Virus record (IMG/VR): IMGVR_UViG_3300001528_000378
Coordinates: 64,001-128,000 of that record
From: a virus
Lineage: Duplodnaviria; Caudoviricetes
Strand: one strand, 5' to 3'
Length of the DNA stretch: 64,000 nucleotides
Positions within the stretch are counted from its first letter, which is position 1. Each line of letters starts with the position of its first letter. Shown piece by piece: positions 1 through 7,732 of this stretch. Both the position numbers and the translations under genes were made by a program. The notes under the pieces are model-generated. The model was not told the DNA's origin, did no database searches, and worked only from the letters and a program-made list of their open reading frames with translations.

Positions 1-627
1 ACATTTTGGAACCAAATATGGTTTTAAGAAAGGAAGTTTATCCACTACCTGCTTACACATCTCGTTTACTAGATTCCTAATTTCCCACTGTGCAAGGCTA
101 CAGATTCTTTCTTGGGCAATATGAATAAGTTGGCGCAAGTTAACAGACATTGTAATACTTGAACAAGTTGCTTCCGGAAGCACATACCTAGCGTCCTCAG
201 CTGGTACACCTGCTTCAATGAGTTTATTATAGGTATCTTTTGCAAATTCCATAAATGAATTATAGATACTACTAATGTTTTCAGACTTATTCACAGTGCT
301 AGGCGTTACATAGCTAAATTTGTCCTCTTTCTTTAACTTGCAATATCTTTGGCTCATCATAGAAAAGTTATTGAGTCTATGCCTAATAAGTTGCATAGAC
401 ATACAGCGACTAACATCAGATATATAGAATGTAAAACTAATATGTTCTAGTACAGACTCGTGATGACTATTTAATACATGTCTAATCAGCTTAAGCATTT
501 CTTCATCTGTTTTATTCAACGATTCCTTAAAAATAATATCTGGGTTCTCATTGGAATAACAAGTTCGTGCAGCCGTATAAATCCTATTAATTGGATGATC
601 AATTAAGTTTGATAATACTACTTTCAT
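1..627 (-). CDS. thyX: FAD-dependent thymidylate synthase (3' end runs off the window)
   Basis: Manual translation from ATG at 627: MKVVLSNL..AARTCYS..HESVLEHISFTF..SRCMSMQLIRHRLNNFSMMSQRY..AEDARYVLP..NLRQL..AQWEIR; ThyX RHR-x7-S motif. Confidence 0.95.
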   Translation of the reverse strand, partial: MKVVLSNLIDHPINRIYTAARTCYSNENPDIIFKESLNKTDEEMLKLIRHVLNSHHESVLEHISFTFYISDVSRCMSMQLIRHRLNNFSMMSQRYCKLKKEDKFSYVTPSTVNKSENISSIYNSFMEFAKDTYNKLIEAGVPAEDARYVLPEATCSSITMSVNLRQLIHIAQERICSLAQWEIRNLVNEMCKQVVDKLPFLKPYLVPKC

Positions 628-927
628 CTATTTATCCTCACTATTAATTAAATTCTGTAATGGGTACTTATCATAAGGGAACTTTGGGTCAAAATCCAAT
701 TCTGCTGTAAAGTTCCATCTATCTTTAACACCAGTAGTTTTTACTTTGCAAAAAACAGTTACTCTTTGGTTCAAGTTTTTAAGTATACCTCTTTCAATAT
801 TTCTAAGAGTAGATTCTGGGATATCAAAAGATGAGGTTATGGTTACTACATTACCATACCTATTGCGCCCCACTAAGGTTGTACAACCATTTGTTAGGGC
901 CTCTACAAACTTTTTTGTATTATTCAT
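628..927 (-). CDS. hypothetical protein
   Basis: ORF track 628..960; ATG at 927 overlapping the upstream stop is the likelier start. Confidence 0.6.
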   Translation of the reverse strand: MNNTKKFVEALTNGCTTLVGRNRYGNVVTITSSFDIPESTLRNIERGILKNLNQRVTVFCKVKTTGVKDRWNFTAELDFDPKFPYDKYPLQNLINSEDK

Positions 928-3061
928 TATTTCTATTCTCCCATTCTTTTCTAAAATCAATTAGAGACATATCACTATAATAGTTATCAAAAGCATATCT
1001 TAAAATTGATTTCATTTTATCGTCATCTTTTAGGTTATTAATATCCTCAATATTTAACTTATTATTAATAATCTTTTCAAGATATGAGCGAACTTTCTTC
1101 CAGAATTTATAATAGGGAAGTTTAATTTTTAACATCCTATTGTTTCTGTCTCTGATAACATATCCTTCAATCATATAATCATTATCTTTTAATTGCCATA
1201 GTACATGATCAATATCGTGGTCACATTCTATACAATACATATATTTTCTACAAATTACAAATTTACTAGTTACTTCACACAATTCATTATAAGAATATGG
1301 TTTAAACTCAAATTCATTTCTGATAATGTCTAATAGGCATACTTGTTTTTCTTCATACTCAATAATATGACTATCATGTTCTGGATCAATAACTTCAAAC
1401 ACAAATGTAACATTATTATCTTTTAAGTATTGTTTTAGCTCATTAGTTAAATAATGTTTATCTTCAAGAATTTGTTTGAACCAATCTTTATAATCACCAT
1501 AATCAACGGACTTGGTAGCAATAAAGAAGTCATCAGTTTTAGGATTATAAGACAACAACCCAAGATACCCATTTTCTTTATAACTGATGTCAAATGGCGG
1601 TTCAAATTTTTGTAATTGCTCCTTCGTTAACTGGTCTTCATTAAAAAATTTGTCATAACTACGTGCTACAATCTTGCCAGTTTCGCTATCAATGAATAGA
1701 CCTCTTGCTTTACAAGTTAATTCGTCCCATTTCTGTTTATAAAAGGCTTCTCTGGTAAAGTTATAGGACACAATACCATTATCAAGATATTTCTTTTTAA
1801 CTAGGTCGCTATTATTTAATTGTTCAATAATCTGTTTTTCGTCTTTCGTATCATTTTTAGGTTCGTTAAACTGCTCAACTCTCGTTTCTTTACCATTAGA
1901 AATTAATACATTTAATGGCTCATTGTACTCAACCTCAGAGTTTAAAGCATAAAAAGTTTCGCCAAATTTAATTTTAGATGCTTTTCTATGTCCACAAACT
2001 TGGATACTACCATTGTTGTCATTAACATACTTGTTAGCCACATAATCGATATCTTCATATTCTCCAACACCTTTAATATAGTTGTTGGCAGAGTGGAACA
2101 AACTAAGTTCATAGTAAGGGATTCCAGCATGATTAATGCAAAAATATTGATTATCTACACTAACAATAAAGTTGGTTTTTAGTTTACTTAAAAACAATTT
2201 AATTTTGTCCTTTGAGATATCCTTAATTTGTTCGTATGTTTTACCTTTAAATTCTTTGGATCTAACGCTGTCTAGACCAAAATAAACATAATCTCTTAAA
2301 TGTCTTTCATGGTTACCTTCACAAAAGTGAAAGTTACTTCTGTCACAGTTATAGATTAGCCATTCAAGTGTTTCTTTGTTGTAACAACCTCTGTCAAGAT
2401 AGTCGCCTACAAAGAAATAATCTGTATGCTCATTATAGGGGTGTTTTTTAAAGTATTCGCCTACTTTATCAATTCTACCATGAATATCAGAAAATATAAC
2501 AATATTTTTTGCAGTAATAAGATTTAAACCATCAATTCCAATATCATGCCAAATATTATCACCATAATTTCCTTTTACTCTATAGTAATCAATATAGTTT
2601 TCACCAAAGGTGTCAATGAACCATTGTTTGGAATTTTCTAAATTTTCACACATTCCTTTAATAACTTCCTCAGAAACAATTTTATAGGAATCTCTTTCTC
2701 TATTTTGTTCAAGTAATTTATCATAAGAAATAGACGAAAAGTCAACACAAACCGCTCTATATTGATAAACCTTAGCCAATTCTAGAAATTTAGTTACAGA
2801 TGACTGCTTGGTATTTGTAGCATCAATAATGGTAGTATCACCATTTTGCATACGGATTTCAAGCAATTTATAAAGAAGTTCAAATACTCTCTTATTAAAT
2901 CTTTGCGTAATATAGCTATTCCCATCCTTATCCATATATATAGATGAGAACATAAGTCTAATTTTATCTGTAGAAAGAGTTAAATCCTCTAATCCATTAT
3001 CTTTAATAAAAGTAGTCTTGCCAGAACCAGGGGCTCCATGAAGAATAACTAATAATTTCAT
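920..3061 (-). CDS. polynucleotide kinase / metallophosphatase / Rnl1-type RNA ligase fusion (RNA repair)
   Basis: P-loop GAPGSGKT with IIDATN; phosphoesterase DIHG, GDYLDRG, GNHE; ligase KENG, FEVI, EGYV, KIK; start at MKLL behind GGAGGG. Confidence 0.9.
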   Translation of the reverse strand: MKLLVILHGAPGSGKTTFIKDNGLEDLTLSTDKIRLMFSSIYMDKDGNSYITQRFNKRVFELLYKLLEIRMQNGDTTIIDATNTKQSSVTKFLELAKVYQYRAVCVDFSSISYDKLLEQNRERDSYKIVSEEVIKGMCENLENSKQWFIDTFGENYIDYYRVKGNYGDNIWHDIGIDGLNLITAKNIVIFSDIHGRIDKVGEYFKKHPYNEHTDYFFVGDYLDRGCYNKETLEWLIYNCDRSNFHFCEGNHERHLRDYVYFGLDSVRSKEFKGKTYEQIKDISKDKIKLFLSKLKTNFIVSVDNQYFCINHAGIPYYELSLFHSANNYIKGVGEYEDIDYVANKYVNDNNGSIQVCGHRKASKIKFGETFYALNSEVEYNEPLNVLISNGKETRVEQFNEPKNDTKDEKQIIEQLNNSDLVKKKYLDNGIVSYNFTREAFYKQKWDELTCKARGLFIDSETGKIVARSYDKFFNEDQLTKEQLQKFEPPFDISYKENGYLGLLSYNPKTDDFFIATKSVDYGDYKDWFKQILEDKHYLTNELKQYLKDNNVTFVFEVIDPEHDSHIIEYEEKQVCLLDIIRNEFEFKPYSYNELCEVTSKFVICRKYMYCIECDHDIDHVLWQLKDNDYMIEGYVIRDRNNRMLKIKLPYYKFWKKVRSYLEKIINNKLNIEDINNLKDDDKMKSILRYAFDNYYSDMSLIDFRKEWENRNNE

Positions 3062-3072
3062 TTTAAACCCTC

Positions 3073-3246
3073 CTATACTCTTGATGTCAAATGATAACCT
3101 AAACATTCTTGACAAAAATAGATTCTCAAATTTACTTTGCGCTTCTTATGGATTCTATTAATAGCTTCTTGCGCAAGTTGTTCAGTTTTATAACGTTTCT
3201 TTTTTAAACAAGAAGAAACTAAACTCTTTAATTGTTCCTCAGACAT
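3073..3246 (-). CDS. 57-aa putative Zn-binding protein (not in ORF track)
   Basis: MSEEQLKSLVSSCLKKKRYKTEQLAQEAINRIHKKRKVNLRIYFCQECLGYHLTSRV; TAATG coupling; paralog at 22333-22512. Confidence 0.8.
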   Translation of the reverse strand: MSEEQLKSLVSSCLKKKRYKTEQLAQEAINRIHKKRKVNLRIYFCQECLGYHLTSRV

Positions 3247-3530
3247 TATTTTACCTCCTCAAACGTATCTTTATCAAGCATATCAACTTCAATTTCTCTA
3301 TAGAATACTTTCGTAGAATTATCAAGAACACTTTTGATATAGTCTGCAAATTCTTTTATAGCTGTATTAGTATTTTCTACTTCACATTCTTTTCGCTTTC
3401 TACATTTTACTTTGATTGTACCCTTATAGTCAGAAATATAACCTAAATATACGTTGTCCCATAAAACTGTAATAACTGAATAATCTTCATAATACTTTCT
3501 AATTCCGAGTAAATATGCTCTATTATTCAT
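3246..3530 (-). CDS. hypothetical protein
   Basis: ORF with AGGAGG RBS. Confidence 0.7.
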   Translation of the reverse strand: MNNRAYLLGIRKYYEDYSVITVLWDNVYLGYISDYKGTIKVKCRKRKECEVENTNTAIKEFADYIKSVLDNSTKVFYREIEVDMLDKDTFEEVK

Positions 3531-3546
3531 AATTATACCTCCTAAG

Positions 3547-3705
3547 TTACCAAACTTTAAACATATAAGGATTACATTTTGTCAACTCTAGTTGTCTAAA
3601 TCTCATTTCTGCTTCTATCTTATCTTCAAAATCTTCAGTGCCAATATCACTTTTAATTCTATACAAATGTTCCCACTCTAACTTATTAACTTTTTTTAAT
3701 TCCAT
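3547..3705 (-). CDS. 52-aa hypothetical protein
   Basis: MELKKVNKLEWEHL..FKVW; GGAGAGG RBS just downstream of a promoter. Confidence 0.6.
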   Translation of the reverse strand: MELKKVNKLEWEHLYRIKSDIGTEDFEDKIEAEMRFRQLELTKCNPYMFKVW

Positions 3706-3736
3706 ATACTCCTCCACTAGTATTTTCTATGAGTAT

Positions 3737-3765
3737 ATTATAGCATATAATTATTTATTTGTCAA
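3737..3765 (-). promoter_or_regulatory. sigma70-type promoter
   Basis: TTGACA-17-TATAAT with extended TG; 22-bp core identical at 5364-5385 and 10245-10266. Confidence 0.85.
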
Positions 3766-3767
3766 CA

Positions 3768-3800
3768 GAAATAATAAAGGGCAGGTATTATCCTGCCCTT
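3768..3800 (-). terminator. intrinsic terminator
   Basis: AAGGGCAGG/CCTGCCCTT hairpin followed by a T-rich tract on the minus strand. Confidence 0.75.
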
Positions 3801-3824
3801 CGGAGTTATATGCTTGGGAGTAAC

Positions 3825-4082
3825 TTACAAAGAGTAAGTTACGAAAGTCTTACCTTTAATCGATTTGGTAGTGGATTCAATTTTCATACCACGATTGCGG
3901 AGTTTATTCACCGCACTAGATACAGAAGTAATGCCCATAGACACAGCCTTGGTGCGGGTAATTTTACCATGTTTGGTAAGGTAGTTAGACAACTTTTCGA
4001 TCTGGGTCAACGGTTTTTTAGTGGTTTTCACAGATTTAGTAGATTTTACTTCTTTTTTGGATTTTACAATTTTCTTGGTCAT
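3825..4082 (-). CDS. winged helix-turn-helix DNA-binding protein
   Basis: Basic tail then QIEKLSNYLTKHGKITRTKAVSMGITSVSSAVNKLRNRGMKIES. Confidence 0.65.
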   Translation of the reverse strand: MTKKIVKSKKEVKSTKSVKTTKKPLTQIEKLSNYLTKHGKITRTKAVSMGITSVSSAVNKLRNRGMKIESTTKSIKGKTFVTYSL

Positions 4083-4096
4083 TTCAGTTCAATTCC

Positions 4097-4627
4097 TTAA
4101 TATTTGCTAATATCACTCTTCATAAATGGGATATTAGTTATGATTTTTCCAACTCTGGTAGAACAATAAATATACTTGTTAGTTACCAGAGATATATTAC
4201 CAGTAAAGCCTTTCATTGGGCCAGAAACACACATAATATGTTCCCCTGGTGTAAATTCTTCTTCCCCAGATTCTATACTATTTTCGGCTACTTTTAACTG
4301 CTCTACTTCTTCTGGTTGTACTTCCAAAGGCTTACCATCTAATCCGTCCATAATAGAAGCGTCTATACCATACGCTTTTAAAGCCTTAATAATAGCCTTG
4401 CTGTGTTTTTCTAAATTACACAGCACAAATATATAATTGGTGAGCAGTACGGTTCTGTCTATTCTAGACGCAAAATAATCATGGTGCTTAACTTTGGACA
4501 TCGCCAATACTGCACACCCTTTGGGAATAATAGACGACACTCTTTTGTAATAAATATGAAAACTATCTGAGGTATTAAGTTCCAGAATATACCATTTGAG
4601 TTCGTCTTGGTGCATTATTCTCTCCAA
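4097..4627 (-). CDS. NusG/RfaH-family transcription elongation factor
   Basis: NGN-like KWYIL..LLTNYIFV..KPLEVQPEEVEQL and KOW FTPGEHIMCVSGPMKGFTGNI. Confidence 0.85.
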   Translation of the reverse strand: MERIMHQDELKWYILELNTSDSFHIYYKRVSSIIPKGCAVLAMSKVKHHDYFASRIDRTVLLTNYIFVLCNLEKHSKAIIKALKAYGIDASIMDGLDGKPLEVQPEEVEQLKVAENSIESGEEEFTPGEHIMCVSGPMKGFTGNISLVTNKYIYCSTRVGKIITNIPFMKSDISKY

Positions 4628-4693
4628 ATTAAGTTTACTGTGTAGTTGCTATTTTTAGAATAGGAGTATGTAAAACCCTCCTTAGTAACAACA

Positions 4694-5335
4694 TCAAAAG
4701 ATGATATTGCCATATTTAGGTTTGCACACTTTACCAGAAACAGCACTACCCTCACCCAACTGCATACAAATGATATCACCCTCTTGTACATAGTCAAGAC
4801 CACAACCAAAAGGAAGTGCATATTTTTCTTTTACATTAGGTTCAATGTTTTTCCCCATTAAACGTTTAAATGCTACTTGGGCACCCTCTTTAAAATCAAA
4901 TGTATCATCGGTGTGGCATTTGGAAGTTTTAATATCTTTAACTACCCCATCAACCTTATAAGAAGCAATGGTGTCTTTCACTCCGTCAGATTCGATGACG
5001 ATTTGGTATTTAACAGGCTTTTTTTCAGCCTCTTTTTTGGAATTACAGGAATTGCACCCACAGCACTTTTTATTTTCTTTATTGGTGAGAATATCCTTAA
5101 TAGGATTTAGAACACAACTTCGGCTATCAAGAGTATCGGAAACTACATACTTTTCGTGAGTATCTTCATCTTCAAGAATATCTCCAGGTCTCACACAGTA
5201 AGCGTCCTTAAAAATAAAACTTTTACCAGTTTTTTCTTCTTTAAGCTTACCAGTAGCATTATCATACAATTCGTAATGTCTAATGCTATATCCACAACAA
5301 TCTAATTTTTTACCAGTTAATTTATTAATAAACAT
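4694..5335 (-). CDS. hypothetical protein
   Basis: 213-aa ORF directly behind promoter 5357-5385. Confidence 0.7.
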   Translation of the reverse strand: MFINKLTGKKLDCCGYSIRHYELYDNATGKLKEEKTGKSFIFKDAYCVRPGDILEDEDTHEKYVVSDTLDSRSCVLNPIKDILTNKENKKCCGCNSCNSKKEAEKKPVKYQIVIESDGVKDTIASYKVDGVVKDIKTSKCHTDDTFDFKEGAQVAFKRLMGKNIEPNVKEKYALPFGCGLDYVQEGDIICMQLGEGSAVSGKVCKPKYGNIIF

Positions 5336-5356
5336 ATTATCCTCTTTACTACATAT

Positions 5357-5385
5357 ATTATAACATATAATTATTTATTTGTCAA
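5357..5385 (-). promoter_or_regulatory. sigma70-type promoter
   Basis: TTGACA-17-TATAAT. Confidence 0.85.
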
Positions 5386-5388
5386 GGG

Positions 5389-5703
5389 CTATTTTAATAA
5401 ACTCTCAACCCATTCTTGTAAGAAATCAATAGACATAGGACCAGCCTTTCTACCTAATTCTTTACCATCTTTAAATACAATAGTAGTGGGAGTTTGCAAG
5501 ATTTTATAATCCTCAACTAAATTTTCACACTCAGTAATATCAGCCATACCTACCATAACTTTATCTGCTAATCTATCAGATAATACATTAAATACTTGCT
5601 TCATAAGCTGGCACGGACCACACCAAGGAGACATAAATTCCACCACATAAACCTTACCATCAATATCTTTTTTAAATGTACTTCCATTAATTTTGTTCAC
5701 CAT
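5389..5703 (-). CDS. trxA: thioredoxin
   Basis: WCGPC active site, cis-Pro TPT, FKDGK. Confidence 0.93.
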   Translation of the reverse strand: MVNKINGSTFKKDIDGKVYVVEFMSPWCGPCQLMKQVFNVLSDRLADKVMVGMADITECENLVEDYKILQTPTTIVFKDGKELGRKAGPMSIDFLQEWVESLLK

Positions 5704-5965
5704 AACTAAAAGCTTCTCCTAGTTTTTTAATAAAATATTTATACGAACAGTCTAATCTAAATACCTTTACTTCATTTCCATACTGATAGTGTAGCTCTAC
5801 ATAGTTATACTTTTCAATAACATCTCTACCTCTACACCAACCAATAATCTTATGTACTTCAAATGTAAATTTTTCTTTGTTTGCACTCAAAATAGGTAGT
5901 TCTACAAATAGCATCTTACACATTAGGCTATTCCTCCCAATCAAAGTAGCCTCTGGCATACTCAA
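5687..5965 (-). CDS. hypothetical protein
   Basis: ORF coupled to neighbours. Confidence 0.55.
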   Translation of the reverse strand: MSMPEATLIGRNSLMCKMLFVELPILSANKEKFTFEVHKIIGWCRGRDVIEKYNYVELHYQYGNEVKVFRLDCSYKYFIKKLGEAFSYGEQN

Positions 5966-6311
5966 CTTTTTTAGTTAATTCGTTAACTAAATCCTCAGAC
6001 GATGGATTTTTACTTTCTTTGAACTGAACCAATGCAATATTAATATCTTTAATGGTATCAACTAACTTATCAAAATTATAGTAGTTCATATCAACCTGAC
6101 TTTGTAAGTTTTCAATTTCTTCATCACACTGGTTTAATTCTTCCTTTAACTTATCAATATAGTCTGTATTGTCTTTACTATTAAGCATCTCTGCAATCTT
6201 ACCAAGAGCGTTCCAGTCTAAGTCTTTGAACTCGTCTACATCTCTTTTAAGAATATAATCTGTATATTTCATATTATTTGTGGTCTGAAGAACCAAAACC
6301 ACACTCCCCAC
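5928..6311 (-). CDS. coiled-coil hypothetical protein
   Basis: ORF; likely start at MKYTDY. Confidence 0.6.
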   Translation of the reverse strand: MGSVVLVLQTTNNMKYTDYILKRDVDEFKDLDWNALGKIAEMLNSKDNTDYIDKLKEELNQCDEEIENLQSQVDMNYYNFDKLVDTIKDINIALVQFKESKNPSSEDLVNELTKKVEYARGYFDWEE

Positions 6312-6786
6312 GGTCTGTATTAATGTCTACTTTTCCCTCTTCAATGTCTACTTCTGGTACGGGAAGTAGCATAGCCTGAATTAATTTTTCACCCGGAAAT
6401 AAGTATTGTGTTTCATTAGATACATTGGTAAGGTTCAAATATAACTGCCCAGAGTATCCAGAATCTACAATACAGGCACCTCTAAACAAATGTTTCTTGC
6501 TTGCCATACCACTTCTATTAAAGAATACCAAAGCATAACCTTTATTAAAGGCCAACCGTACACCCATTGGAATTAATACAGATTCGTGTGGTTCAATGTA
6601 TAAAGCCAATGTTTTAATGGTTTCGTCATTCACTACTTTATCAGCCAACGATACTTTAATACCTTTTCCACCTGCTAGTACATATTCCAAACTTTCCGGC
6701 ATATAGAAATCAATACCAGCGTCAGTTTTATGTGCTTTACAAGGCATTCTCACATCAGTTAGTTTTTCAACAGTTAAATTAATCAT
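6274..6786 (-). CDS. dut: trimeric dUTPase
   Basis: AGIDF, RSGM, IVDSGYSG, KLIQ, RGECGFGSS motifs. Confidence 0.95.
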   Translation of the reverse strand: MINLTVEKLTDVRMPCKAHKTDAGIDFYMPESLEYVLAGGKGIKVSLADKVVNDETIKTLALYIEPHESVLIPMGVRLAFNKGYALVFFNRSGMASKKHLFRGACIVDSGYSGQLYLNLTNVSNETQYLFPGEKLIQAMLLPVPEVDIEEGKVDINTDRGECGFGSSDHK

Positions 6787-7190
6787 TAAAAATTAACCTC
6801 ACACTCATTAACAGAATTACCATCTTCATCTACATAGTGTAACTCTTTATCATTATTATAGCAAATATTTTCATTATTGTCAACAACTTTATTCTCACAA
6901 CTAAGTGCTAATAGTAACAATAAGTAGTTTCTTGCATCTAGAATCCGACTTTCAATATTTTCGTCACTTAAATTCTTTCCACTATTCACATAGCTAATAA
7001 TGCTATTAAAATGTTTTAGTAAAAAGATAGCACATACCTTTTCAGGTGTAATGCTCAGTTTGTTCGCATAGTCTTTAAAGAATTTAAGTCTATCCTCAGT
7101 AATGCAATATTCTTTACCCTTAGTTAAAAGAATATTGGTTTCTTTATTTATAATATCTTTATGTAAATCCTTTAATTCTTCTAGTGTCAT
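6786..7190 (-). CDS. alpha-helical nucleotide pyrophosphatase-like (nucleotide-modification-associated) protein
   Basis: LLTKGKEY..DRLKFF..LLKH..ENIESRILDARNY resembles DUF1599/MazG-like phage proteins. Confidence 0.55.
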   Translation of the reverse strand: MTLEELKDLHKDIINKETNILLTKGKEYCITEDRLKFFKDYANKLSITPEKVCAIFLLKHFNSIISYVNSGKNLSDENIESRILDARNYLLLLLALSCENKVVDNNENICYNNDKELHYVDEDGNSVNECEVNF

Positions 7191-7732
7191 TTAGTCATCT
7201 CCTTTACTCTATTTTTAATCTGCTCGAGTCTTTCAGGTGTCTCACCACTCACAAATAATACTTTTTCTTGTGGGATAAATTTACAAGTAGACTGAAATGC
7301 CTTATCAATGCTTTCTTGAAATTTCTTATCAATAGTTCTTACACCATCATCAAACATTTCAAATTCAATAGGGCAATATACATACAGGTCTATATCATCA
7401 ATATTATCCAAAAAATAGGACTCAATGGTTCTAACACATAATTCAGATACTTTGGAATCTTGCTGTGTACTAATAACCCAAGCATAGATAAAGTTATCCC
7501 ATAGGCATCTATCTGTTACCATATTTTTATAAGTAAGATGTTTTAAATGTAGAGCACACATAGCCAACTGTGAAGCGTCCGTAGCACCCTCATTAATGGG
7601 AAATCCCATCCTGCTTACTTCCCTTACCGCTTCTGGAAAGAACTCATATCCAGAAAATAGAGGGTCAGAATACATCTTACTATATAGTGAAGTCTTACCC
7701 GTATTGTGGCTACCAACCAATGCTATTCTCAT
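7187..7732 (-). CDS. P-loop nucleotide kinase (AAA_28 type)
   Basis: GSHNTGKT, EAVR, TDRCLWD, DDGVR. Confidence 0.8.
   Translation of the reverse strand: MRIALVGSHNTGKTSLYSKMYSDPLFSGYEFFPEAVREVSRMGFPINEGATDASQLAMCALHLKHLTYKNMVTDRCLWDNFIYAWVISTQQDSKVSELCVRTIESYFLDNIDDIDLYVYCPIEFEMFDDGVRTIDKKFQESIDKAFQSTCKFIPQEKVLFVSGETPERLEQIKNRVKEMTK

Noticed and set aside
625-630. Readthrough fusion into thyX (TAG ATG in frame)
   Set aside because: thyX has its own GAGG RBS and begins at a normal N-terminus
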